A stretch of DNA of 32,000 nt from Cuniculiplasma divulgatum (GTDB taxonomy: Archaea > Thermoplasmatota > Thermoplasmata > Thermoplasmatales > Thermoplasmataceae): assembly GCF_900083515.1 (NCBI RefSeq), contig NZ_LT671858.1, forward strand, positions 1,560,001-1,592,000, written 5' to 3'. Positions 1-8,969 of this stretch are shown here, piece after piece. Below the pieces are notes generated by a model. That model had not been told where the DNA came from, made no database searches, and was given only the letters and a program-made list of their open reading frames with translations. Every line of letters starts with the position of its first letter. Within the stretch, counting starts at the first letter, position 1. Made by a program: the position numbers and the translations under genes.

Positions 1-32
1 GCACTCTCGATATATGAAAGGATGGATTGCAT

Positions 33-3000
33 GCTTCAATAGAGCCATGATTATTCAATCATGGAAACCAAGAAGTGGAGGGACATGTCGCCGCAGCAAA
101 GAAAGGCTTCAATAGAGCCATGATTATTCAATCATGGAAACTCTTTAACTTTTCAGGCTTCAAGTACGGGATACAACGGCTTCAATAGAGCCATGATTAT
201 TCAATCATGGAAACCACCAGTAGCATTCTTTGTTACTGTTGAAGGGAAATCGCTTCAATAGAGCCATGATTATTCAATCATGGAAACCTTCACTCAGGGA
301 GGGGACATTAAGGTCTCTGTCCTGCTTCAATAGAGCCATGATTATTCAATCATGGAAACACCCCAGACCTCTTCGCTTTCTTTCTGTGAGAGATTGCTTC
401 AATAGAGCCATGATTATTCAATCATGGAAACGGCGTCAGATTCATCCAATGCCATCACCAGATCTGTGGCTTCAATAGAGCCATGATTATTCAATCATGG
501 AAACTTTCTCCACCAACCTGCAACCAGAAGGAGGAATTTGTGCTTCAATAGAGCCATGATTATTCAATCATGGAAACAAGTCATTGTTATTGTTCCTATC
601 CCAGAAACTCCTCCGCTTCAATAGAGCCATGATTATTCAATCATGGAAACGTTGTTTTACCGGCTTTTGAGAAAAATCCAGACATGGGGCTTCAATAGAG
701 CCATGATTATTCAATCATGGAAACTATAGTTTTTTTTCAAAATATTTTAGTAGTAGTAGTGCTTCAATAGAGCCATGATTATTCAATCATGGAAACTCAT
801 ATCACTGATGACAAAATATGTCAATCGAATGACGCTTCAATAGAGCCATGATTATTCAATCATGGAAACAATGGAAATTTGATGGTGATTTTTGTTGTAA
901 ACAGTTTGCTTCAATAGAGCCATGATTATTCAATCATGGAAACAAAGAGGACTATGCCAAATACTATTATCCAGTTTGCAGCGCTTCAATAGAGCCATGA
1001 TTATTCAATCATGGAAACATAAAGGAATTCTTCCTTGAAGATGGTTGGATTGTTAAGCTTCAATAGAGCCATGATTATTCAATCATGGAAACGTGAATTT
1101 TCTTTTATTTCAGGATATCGATGTATTGCTTCAATAGAGCCATGATTATTCAATCATGGAAACGGTTGCTGCACATTGAGGTATGTATGAAGACCTTGTG
1201 CTTCAATAGAGCCATGATTATTCAATCATGGAAACTCTTATCATGTGAGCATCAGCCATACTGTAAGATTGAGCTTCAATAGAGCCATGATTATTCAATC
1301 ATGGAAACATAGTTGATATTTACCAAATGTAAGGGGATTGAAAACTGCTTCAATAGAGCCATGATTATTCAATCATGGAAACTTTGTAATGAAGTCATGC
1401 CATCGTATCAGGTAAGGGCTTCAATAGAGCCATGATTATTCAATCATGGAAACAACATAGGGAAAACAAGCGATTCTATTGATTTATATAGCTTCAATAG
1501 AGCCATGATTATTCAATCATGGAAACTTGGGCTCTATGGAAACACTGGCACAATGCATATAATGCTTCAATAGAGCCATGATTATTCAATCATGGAAACC
1601 CGGACTAAGTACCACATACAAAGACCCAATAACCGTGCTTCAATAGAGCCATGATTATTCAATCATGGAAACTAAGGAATTATCTTGAGTATTTTATCCA
1701 GATTTTCTTCGCTTCAATAGAGCCATGATTATTCAATCATGGAAACCACCTCCAAGGTTTTCTGGGTTGGCTCCCTTTTACTGGCTTCAATAGAGCCATG
1801 ATTATTCAATCATGGAAACATCGTGAATGATTACATACACTGAATCTGTACCAGATGCTTCAATAGAGCCATGATTATTCAATCATGGAAACCCTGTATC
1901 GGCAGGATTTACTGAGGATGATACTGAAGCTTCAATAGAGCCATGATTATTCAATCATGGAAACAGTTACTGGTAAGAATGTCAATGCAATCGTCAATTC
2001 GCTTCAATAGAGCCATGATTATTCAATCATGGAAACTTGTTCAGCTCTGCCACCGTCATGTTCGTCTCGACATGCTTCAATAGAGCCATGATTATTCAAT
2101 CATGGAAACCCCAGTACTGAGGACGAGAACTGCACGCTCAGGGGACGCTTCAATAGAGCCATGATTATTCAATCATGGAAACTACGAGATTGCATAAGGT
2201 TCCTGAAAGGTGTGATCACGCTTCAATAGAGCCATGATTATTCAATCATGGAAACAGATCTATGAACTAAATGGACTTCCGGTGCCTGATCCAGCTTCAA
2301 TAGAGCCATGATTATTCAATCATGGAAACGTTCTTCCCCTGATGAGAAAGTCAGGAGAGCTGTGGAGGCTTCAATAGAGCCATGATTATTCAATCATGGA
2401 AACAGTATGGGATAGGGTGCGACAGCCATGATATCATGCCGCTTCAATAGAGCCATGATTATTCAATCATGGAAACCCTCCGTGGAAAGTCTTGCAAGTT
2501 TTAACGCAATCATGCTTCAATAGAGCCATGATTATTCAATCATGGAAACTGCCACACCAATTTCGTGTCGTACAGATGAAATTTCTTCGCTTCAATAGAG
2601 CCATGATTATTCAATCATGGAAACGTTACCATAAGAGCATTGACAAAGTATGGGTCGAGTGCTTCAATAGAGCCATGATTATTCAATCATGGAAACTTCT
2701 ATAGATGAAGCATGTTTTTCAACACCATTAGGCTTCAATAGAGCCATGATTATTCAATCATGGAAACAAGTTATCCGAGTAAGCCTGTTCCACCGTTTAC
2801 AGCAGCTTCAATAGAGCCATGATTATTCAATCATGGAAACGTGTGATACAAGTCGGAGTGCTAATGAAAATGTGGCAGCTTCAATAGAGCCATGATTATT
2901 CAATCATGGAAACGATCTGGAATATGAATGTTGTAAACTGGAAAAGCTGGGCTTCAATAGAGCCATGATTATTCAATCATGGAAACTTTTTAAAATGAAT

Positions 3001-4149
3001 AGTAGATATAATAGTTTTGAGAGCTTCAATAGAGCCATGATTATTCAATCATGGAAACAATCATTCAAAAAATAAGGAGGAATTGAAGAAATGGCTTCAA
3101 TAGAGCCATGATTATTCAATCATGGAAACAAGATAACAGTAAAGTCATTTATCCAGACTATAAACGCTTCAATAGAGCCATGATTATTCAATCATGGAAA
3201 CCATCGACAATAAGCAACAGCCATGCGATATACACCCAGCTTCAATAGAGCCATGATTATTCAATCATGGAAACCATTCCAGAAATGCCTTTAAGGGAAA
3301 CAAACATCAAAGCTTCAATAGAGCCATGATTATTCAATCATGGAAACAATAAAGGAGTTTAAAGGCATGGATACCAGAACCATAAGCTTCAATAGAGCCA
3401 TGATTATTCAATCATGGAAACTCCTCAAAAACATACTAGACCGGGAAATGACAGAAAGCTTCAATAGAGCCATGATTATTCAATCATGGAAACAGAAAAC
3501 TCGCAGAGGAACTCCCACAGGAAGAGGAATGCTTCAATAGAGCCATGATTATTCAATCATGGAAACCAGATTGTGAATTCACAGCTCCACATTCAGGGCA
3601 TTTGCTTCAATAGAGCCATGATTATTCAATCATGGAAACACCATACTGGGCCGTTGTTCACGGGATTTCTTCTGTGCTTCAATAGAGCCATGATTATTCA
3701 ATCATGGAAACAGCAGACCTGATAATAGAAAATAAAAAAATCGAACTGGCTTCAATAGAGCCATGATTATTCAATCATGGAAACAACACTCCTACGGAAA
3801 ATAGAAGATACCTTCAATCCCAGCTTCAATAGAGCCATGATTATTCAATCATGGAAACATAAAGGAGATCGAACAAACAAGGAAGGCGAAACAATGCTTC
3901 AATAGAGCCATGATTATTCAATCATGGAAACTCGATGGTACTGGAAGTTCAATACACAGCAAACCAATGGCTTCAATAGAGCCATGATTATTCAATCATG
4001 GAAACTGGACAGATGCAGATCATCCAGATCAGGGCCTAGATGCTTCAATAGAGCCATGATTATTCAATCATGGAAACCAGATCTCCCATGAGTTTGTCTG
4101 ACTGTTCAGGTGCGCTTCAATAGAGCCATGATTATTCAATCATGGAAAC
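33..4149 (-). CRISPR. CRISPR array: 57 identical 36-bp repeats (plus strand GCTTCAATAGAGCCATGATTATTCAATCATGGAAAC), 56 complete spacers of 35-39 bp (mode 37), plus a partial spacer at 1-32. The array continues beyond the left window edge.
   Basis: Read directly. Repeat starts are at 33,106,179,252,324,396,469,542,615,689,761,834,908,983,1057,1128,1200,1273,1347,1418,1491,1564,1637,1711,1784,1857,1929,2001,2074,2147,2220,2294,2368,2441,2514,2589,2661,2732,2805,2878,2951,3023,3094,3166,3239,3312,3386,3458,3531,3604,3676,3749,3823,3896,3970,4042,4114. No variant repeat was seen. Strand call is inferred: the minus-strand repeat GTTTCCATGATTGAATAATCATGGCTCTATTGAAGC ends in ATTGAAGC (type I handle-like), and the AT-rich leader plus cas2 sit at the high-coordinate end. 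Confidence 0.98.
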
Positions 4150-4467
4150 AGGTATATATGACTAGTATTTGTATAAAGTTTACTTTTGCAGCTAAAACTT
4201 CAAATATTGATACGTGATAATTTATTTTTGCGAGAGAATGGCCATATTCTGTGGAACAAGAGTAAGATGTGGAAAGCTACCCATTAGAATAATCCATCAT
4301 AAACCGTGAATTACCAAGATCGAGAGGGAAATGAAGTATTATCAAAGGTTCGCCTCTCGCAAAAAGGCAGTGATGTTAACGATCAGGATGAGATCCAATT
4401 CTCCACCTCCTGCCAAAGGCAGTGTTTTTCATCAAAACCGATTGGTAAATTAGGATAAATTCAAGCT
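4150..4467 (-). promoter_or_regulatory. CRISPR leader (318 bp non-coding DNA between the cas2 stop and the first repeat), with candidate TATA-like elements next to the first repeat
   Basis: No ORF of 60 aa or more. The region is AT-rich. Read on the minus strand it gives ...AAACTTTATACAAATACTAGTCATATATACCT followed directly by repeat 1; TTTATAC lies at about 4172-4178 and ATATATA at about 4153-4159. Position between cas2 and the array is typical for a leader. The exact transcription start site is not determinable from sequence. Confidence 0.7.
4225..4365. repeat. 12-bp perfect inverted repeat inside the leader (TTTTTGCGAGAG at 4225-4236, CTCTCGCAAAAA at 4354-4365), with a third CGAGAG copy at 4321-4326
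   Basis: Read directly. The two arms are exact reverse complements separated by 117 nt. A 10-bp direct repeat AAAGGCAGTG also occurs at 4363-4372 and 4415-4424. Confidence 0.85.
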
Positions 4468-4758
4468 TTATATAATGATTGCTCCACGATCCTCAAACTT
4501 TTTTACCTTCCCTATTGACATTATCTTATCTTGATATTTTGAACTGGAATTTCCAAGGTCAAAAATAAGGACACTATCCTCAGAATGATTTAATATGTGA
4601 GAAAGCTCAGAGATCATAATAATCTTTTCTTTATCGGATAGATCACAAATAAAGACAGAATACTGCAGTGCATCTCCATAGCCCTTCATTTTCTTGTATA
4701 TCTGTCCTAATCTTTTTTGATCTGTTATATCATAGGATACCAAATATTTTCTTCTCAT
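4468..4758 (-). CDS. cas2: Cas2 adaptation protein (96 aa)
   Basis: Size and N-terminal beta-strand motif KYLVSYDI with the conserved Asp; FICDL segment. AGGTGA Shine-Dalgarno 4 nt before the ATG. Lies 3 nt downstream of the cas1 stop and adjacent to the leader and array. Confidence 0.92.
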   Translation of the reverse strand: MRRKYLVSYDITDQKRLGQIYKKMKGYGDALQYSVFICDLSDKEKIIMISELSHILNHSEDSVLIFDLGNSSSKYQDKIMSIGKVKKFEDRGAIII

Positions 4759-4761
4759 GTT

Positions 4762-6450
4762 TCACCTGGTTGTAAAAACTGGATAATGTTTTATTTCCCC
4801 GTTTAGGTACCTAGCAAGCATTCTTGCCTGAACCTCAAAAACTCTTCTATAGCTAACAGAATATTTGAACAGTGGATGACTGATTAGGTCATCAAGCCTT
4901 CTTTCATATGCCCTTATTGTTTTTTTCCTCCCATTAGATGTTAAGGCAACTGAATTCCCCCTCCGAATAAAGTCATCCTTGTTTATTTCGTTGCTATTAA
5001 GTGCTGTAATTACAACAGAGTCACAGATTATTGGTCTGAACTCTTCCATCAAATCCAATGCAAGTGCAGGTTTTCCATATTTTGGTTTATGTAAAAATCC
5101 CAGATAAGGATCAAATCCAACAGTTGCTGCAATAATAGTCATGTCCTTTGCAAGAATAGAGTATAGATAAGAAAGAATTGCGTTTACTGGATCCTTCGGT
5201 GGTCTCCTATTTCTGCTATTAAAATTGAAATCTGCATGATTTTCAGAACTCTTTAACATTTTAGTGAAATTACTGAAATAAATTCTGGCAGCAAGTCCCT
5301 CTATTCCCAATAGTTCACCCAAATTCTTCGATGTTAAAATTTTTCTTGAGAGTTCACTTAAATTTTCAAGTGTTTCAGATTTGATATCCTTTCCGTTTCT
5401 TCTAAGCATTGTTCTAGAATTCTTTATTTTTCCTGTAATGAATCCTTTTGCAATTTCTAGTGACTTTTCATTCTGCGATGCTGTATCGAACTGTTTTATT
5501 CTGAGATCTATATTGTTGCCAGAGATTCCATTTGTCATACCTGTAAACCATCCACCTGATGAAAAATAGCATATAGGAATGTTCCTGTTACATAGCTCTT
5601 TTATTGCCTGCGTTGAAATCTGGACATTGCCAAATATGGACACACTTGAAATTTCCATTATTCTGTAACTTCCGATTGTTACATTATCCTTTTTGGCTAC
5701 CAGTTCCTCTCCCTTTTTAGATATATAAGCTCCCTGTTCCCCTACATAGAATGGATAACTATCCGATCTTGCTGGAAATAATCTCCTTATTTCATCTCCC
5801 GATTTTTCAGATTTTTCCATTTTTAAGGAAAGTGTTTCATCTGGCAGGCAGATTGAAACTAAGGAGCATTTAATGCACTTTGGACTATCTACTAGTGGAT
5901 CAGGTATAATTTTTTTAGTTTTAAGATCTCTTGCCTGTTTTATAATATTTTTTGCCCACTCAATTGTAGCATCATCTATTTTGAGATTTATTTTTTTATT
6001 AGATTCTGCATAATATACTGTGGCCTCGCTGCATTTGTAACCGTTTTCAATAAGTATCATTGCTTGGACGGTCACTTGTAATTTATCTGAATCCCAAATT
6101 CCACCATTGCTTTCGTTCGGTCTCCCTTTTTTATATTCCACAGGCCTGACCTCTCCTCCATTTCCTTCGATCAGATCAATCTTTGCAACTATTTGTTCGA
6201 TCTCGGAGGATAATGTAACTGATGTTGCATGTATTCTATCATTTGCATTGCTAAATTGGTCGGAATCTGGTAATTCACCACTCTCTTTATCAACTCTCTG
6301 GTGTTTAATTCTTCCCTCTATTGTGTCAGAAGAATCTTCGAAATATCCCTCTACGTATTCAAGATAAAATAATCTAGGACAGTATACAAATTCATTTATC
6401 ATTCTGAGGGGTATGTAGTCTATATTTTCCTCTTCATTACTCCCTGTCAC
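4762..6450 (-). CDS. cas4-cas1: Cas4-Cas1 fusion protein (562 aa)
   Basis: N-terminal RecB-like Cas4 domain: YCPRLFYLEY, IDLIE...VEYKKG (D..ExK), and a C-terminal Cys cluster CIKCSLVSIC. Cas1 part: GIEGLAARIYF, NAILSYLYSIL, GFLH, DLMEEFRP. The start is GTG at 6450, preceded by a strong AAGGAGGT 8 nt upstream. It overlaps the csb2 3-prime end by 14 nt. Confidence 0.93.
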   Translation of the reverse strand: MTGSNEEENIDYIPLRMINEFVYCPRLFYLEYVEGYFEDSSDTIEGRIKHQRVDKESGELPDSDQFSNANDRIHATSVTLSSEIEQIVAKIDLIEGNGGEVRPVEYKKGRPNESNGGIWDSDKLQVTVQAMILIENGYKCSEATVYYAESNKKINLKIDDATIEWAKNIIKQARDLKTKKIIPDPLVDSPKCIKCSLVSICLPDETLSLKMEKSEKSGDEIRRLFPARSDSYPFYVGEQGAYISKKGEELVAKKDNVTIGSYRIMEISSVSIFGNVQISTQAIKELCNRNIPICYFSSGGWFTGMTNGISGNNIDLRIKQFDTASQNEKSLEIAKGFITGKIKNSRTMLRRNGKDIKSETLENLSELSRKILTSKNLGELLGIEGLAARIYFSNFTKMLKSSENHADFNFNSRNRRPPKDPVNAILSYLYSILAKDMTIIAATVGFDPYLGFLHKPKYGKPALALDLMEEFRPIICDSVVITALNSNEINKDDFIRRGNSVALTSNGRKKTIRAYERRLDDLISHPLFKYSVSYRRVFEVQARMLARYLNGEIKHYPVFTTR

Positions 6451-7897
6451 CTTCCATTACCTCCTTAACCGGCATGAATGTACCAAGTCCAAAATGGGCT
6501 CCATATCCTACAGAGAAAGGGCCAGGAACATAATCTTCAAAAACAACTTCAAATCCGTATCCCAGATTAACTGGATCATTTTTTCTATTTCTTCTAAAAT
6601 CTAGCCAGTAATAACTGTGACCATTTTTTGATGATTTATTTAGAAGCTTAAATGATACTGGTTTTGGTAATCCATGATTTGCAAATTCATGGTTCAGTTC
6701 ATTGCATAACCACTGATAATAATCACCCCTTCCTTTTCTATAATGCCTTGTTAATACCACAGGGGTGATACTTTTGAATCTTTTTGATTTCTGTATGACA
6801 CTTATTTCGTTATCTTCGCCCCACTCTTCCGGAATGAGTTTAATATCTGGTCTTCCATTTGATTGCCAGATGGATCTTGTGCGATCGAGCGCGAGCAGTT
6901 CCTTCTGTGTGAAATATTCTTTGTTTCTTATTAATATATGACTTATTCGTCCATTATTATTCAGATCAAGGGGAAGGATAAAAATATGCCTATGGCCCTT
7001 AGAAATAGAACCATCAGGATTTATTCCGCTTAAATTTACTGATCTACCATTATTAGACATTTTTCCATAAATGCCATTAATTTTCTTATGTATTCTTTCT
7101 GCTATGATTAATGAATCTGTTGCCATTGGTGGAACCTTGGAATCTATTGAATAAAGAAAATTTTTAACTTTAAGTCTTCCTGCCAACGACTTTTTGCTTT
7201 TGTCTTCTTTTATTTCTGGATTTTCAATTAAGTAATATGTAAATTCCAATGCATATGGCGAACTTATTCCCTTATAAATTATATCAGAAGTTTTAAGCAT
7301 TAGTGCATCAAACCACTCAGTTTTTTCATATTTATAATTTTTTTTCGCGATTGGAATTGCAACCTTGACTTTTTCCTTGTTACCATCAAAGTAATTTAAA
7401 TCTTGTAAAGGCTCAACATTTATTTTGTCTCCAAATTCTTTAAAATCCTTTAGAGTTTCAATTTTAACCCATGAATCGCTTCTGCCCAGGTAATTTATTA
7501 GTGATAATATCTCTTCCAATTTTTGCACTTCTATTTCTGTAAATTCTACGTTCTTCCAGATAACATATATTTGATCCTCAGGATTGATACTTATAAAGCC
7601 ATCATATATAAGCTGCTTTTTAGTGATCTCTTTTGAATTTTGACTCATATAACTGAGTATTACTCCTTCAGTGAACCTGGGTGTACTAAATAGCGGAGGG
7701 TTTTCAGATAATTTTTCAATTATCGTTTGCAGGATATCAATATCCCAGGATGGGCGCTTTCTAAGCCATGAATCAATGATTGCTCTTACTATTCTATACG
7801 GCGATGGAGGGAATTCTGGGATGCCCTCATTGACGTTTCTCCCCCAGGGGGTAGAATGGTATCTACCTGATAATAGTGTTATTTTGAAGGCTATCAT
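6437..7897 (-). CDS. csb2: Csb2 family protein (Cas5-Cas6 fusion of type I-G/I-U), 486 aa
   Basis: N-terminus GRYHSTPWGRNVNEGIPEFPPSPYRIVRAII matches my memory of the Csb2 (GSU0054 family) N-terminal signature. The C-terminal glycine-rich loop GYGAHFGLGTF is Cas6/RAMP-like. Operon position is between cas7 and cas4-cas1. Confidence 0.85.
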   Translation of the reverse strand: MIAFKITLLSGRYHSTPWGRNVNEGIPEFPPSPYRIVRAIIDSWLRKRPSWDIDILQTIIEKLSENPPLFSTPRFTEGVILSYMSQNSKEITKKQLIYDGFISINPEDQIYVIWKNVEFTEIEVQKLEEILSLINYLGRSDSWVKIETLKDFKEFGDKINVEPLQDLNYFDGNKEKVKVAIPIAKKNYKYEKTEWFDALMLKTSDIIYKGISSPYALEFTYYLIENPEIKEDKSKKSLAGRLKVKNFLYSIDSKVPPMATDSLIIAERIHKKINGIYGKMSNNGRSVNLSGINPDGSISKGHRHIFILPLDLNNNGRISHILIRNKEYFTQKELLALDRTRSIWQSNGRPDIKLIPEEWGEDNEISVIQKSKRFKSITPVVLTRHYRKGRGDYYQWLCNELNHEFANHGLPKPVSFKLLNKSSKNGHSYYWLDFRRNRKNDPVNLGYGFEVVFEDYVPGPFSVGYGAHFGLGTFMPVKEVMEGDRE

Positions 7898-7907
7898 AAA
7901 GCATCAT

Positions 7908-8969
7908 TTATTCATCTTCTAATGTATCATCTTCATTTTCTTTATCTATATTCTCCTCGCTATTATTTGGCTTTTCCCCCTCTTTTTTCCATTTTGCCTT
8001 GACCTGCAGTTTTGTAACAGGAGGAGTGCTGAAACTATGTTCACATTTTTTGATGAGGTCGCTGAGGATTTCCATTATTTCTTTTTCCTCTGGAAATTCT
8101 ACATATTCGTCTTTTTCTATATTAAATACAATATTGCTATCAACCATCAGATCGCATGCAGTCCTAAGTCTGAGAGAACTGTCAAGAAATTTTCTTATCT
8201 TCAACATACAGAGAAAGAACACCAACTTTGTCTCATTCTCTCCAAGCTCATAACTTTTCAGAAGAGACGTATCTATATTGAAATAGGCATTTATACTCTC
8301 TGCAGTAAACTCAGTCCTGTGATAGGGTACGTTTCCATACACATCTTTTGTAATTTCATTTGTCCTCAGTTTTCCTGTTGGGTCTATTGGATTATTTTTA
8401 ACCCCTCCAGTGGAAACTTCCCTTATATTTTCAGCTTCTATAAAAGAGCTTAGAATTCTTGGTAGTTTTAACCTGCCATCTTCAAGATTTGCCATAAAAA
8501 CTCCGTGAATTAAGGAATTAACATCGTATTTAAAGACTGCCTTTGCCACCTTTTTCCAGTTCATAGGCTGACCTTTGAAATACGAGGCTTCCTTCTTTAA
8601 TTCTTCCCTGAAGTTTTTATCTGATATTATGTAAGGCGAGTTCATTCTATGTGCCTCGATGAGAGATGATGTAAATTTTAACTCTCCATCAGCTGACAGT
8701 TCAGATACTATATATGAAATTCCCTTCAGACTTTCTATCACATTGTATCCATCTGCACCAATTATAGTTGATTCGAGCCGATTGGCCATGGATTGGGCGC
8801 TTTCTACTAGAACCATCCTTGTTCCGTCTGGTCTTTGAAACTCAGCTGCACCTATTTCTGGAAACCCTGTTGGCTGAAACCTATCACCTTGTGTTGGCTT
8901 GAGCTTAACATCCATTAACAGCCTTGGCTCTTCAATCAATATTTTATAATCGAATTTTTTATTTATCAT
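7908..8969 (-). CDS. csb1: Csb1 family protein (Cas7 backbone subunit of type I-G/I-U), about 353 aa
   Basis: QGDRFQPTGFPEIGAAEF matches the remembered Csb1 (GSU0053 family) RFQPTGFP signature. The ORF track starts at a TTG at 8978. The ATG at 8969 (MINKKF...) is preceded by GAGGT and is preferred. It overlaps the cas8g 3-prime end by 11 nt. Confidence 0.85.
   Translation of the reverse strand: MINKKFDYKILIEEPRLLMDVKLKPTQGDRFQPTGFPEIGAAEFQRPDGTRMVLVESAQSMANRLESTIIGADGYNVIESLKGISYIVSELSADGELKFTSSLIEAHRMNSPYIISDKNFREELKKEASYFKGQPMNWKKVAKAVFKYDVNSLIHGVFMANLEDGRLKLPRILSSFIEAENIREVSTGGVKNNPIDPTGKLRTNEITKDVYGNVPYHRTEFTAESINAYFNIDTSLLKSYELGENETKLVFFLCMLKIRKFLDSSLRLRTACDLMVDSNIVFNIEKDEYVEFPEEKEIMEILSDLIKKCEHSFSTPPVTKLQVKAKWKKEGEKPNNSEENIDKENEDDTLEDE

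Noticed and set aside
3275-3385. 10-nt reverse-complement match (ATGCCTTTAA) between adjacent spacers 3275-3311 and 3348-3385
   Set aside because: The match does not extend, so the two are not overlapping protospacers. A few 10-mer matches among 56 AT-rich spacers are expected by chance by my rough estimate.
230-3540. ORF-track proteins inside the array (230-478, 2492-2704, 3340-3540) with the recurring peptide FNRAMIIQSWK
   Set aside because: The recurring peptide is simply the translated CRISPR repeat. These are open frames across repeat-spacer units, not genes.
33-4149. Self-targeting spacers (spacer matches to the rest of this window)
   Set aside because: I saw no match while reading, but an exhaustive comparison cannot be done by eye. 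It should be checked by aligning all spacers against the genome, so no claim is made.
4191-4231. Possible degenerate extra repeat in the leader (GCTAAAACTTCAAATATTGATACGTGATAATTT...)
   Set aside because: Only the CTTCAA and TGAT-ATT fragments line up with the repeat and overall identity is poor. Degenerate repeats are expected at the trailer end, not the leader end.
4331-4453. 40-codon plus-strand ORF in the leader (MKYYQRFASRKKAVMLTIRMRSNSPPPAKGSVFHQNRLVN) with GAGGG just upstream
   Set aside because: It is too short and compositionally unremarkable to support. It is built largely from the leader repeat elements and the Shine-Dalgarno spacing is poor (2 nt). It would need ribosome profiling or conservation evidence.
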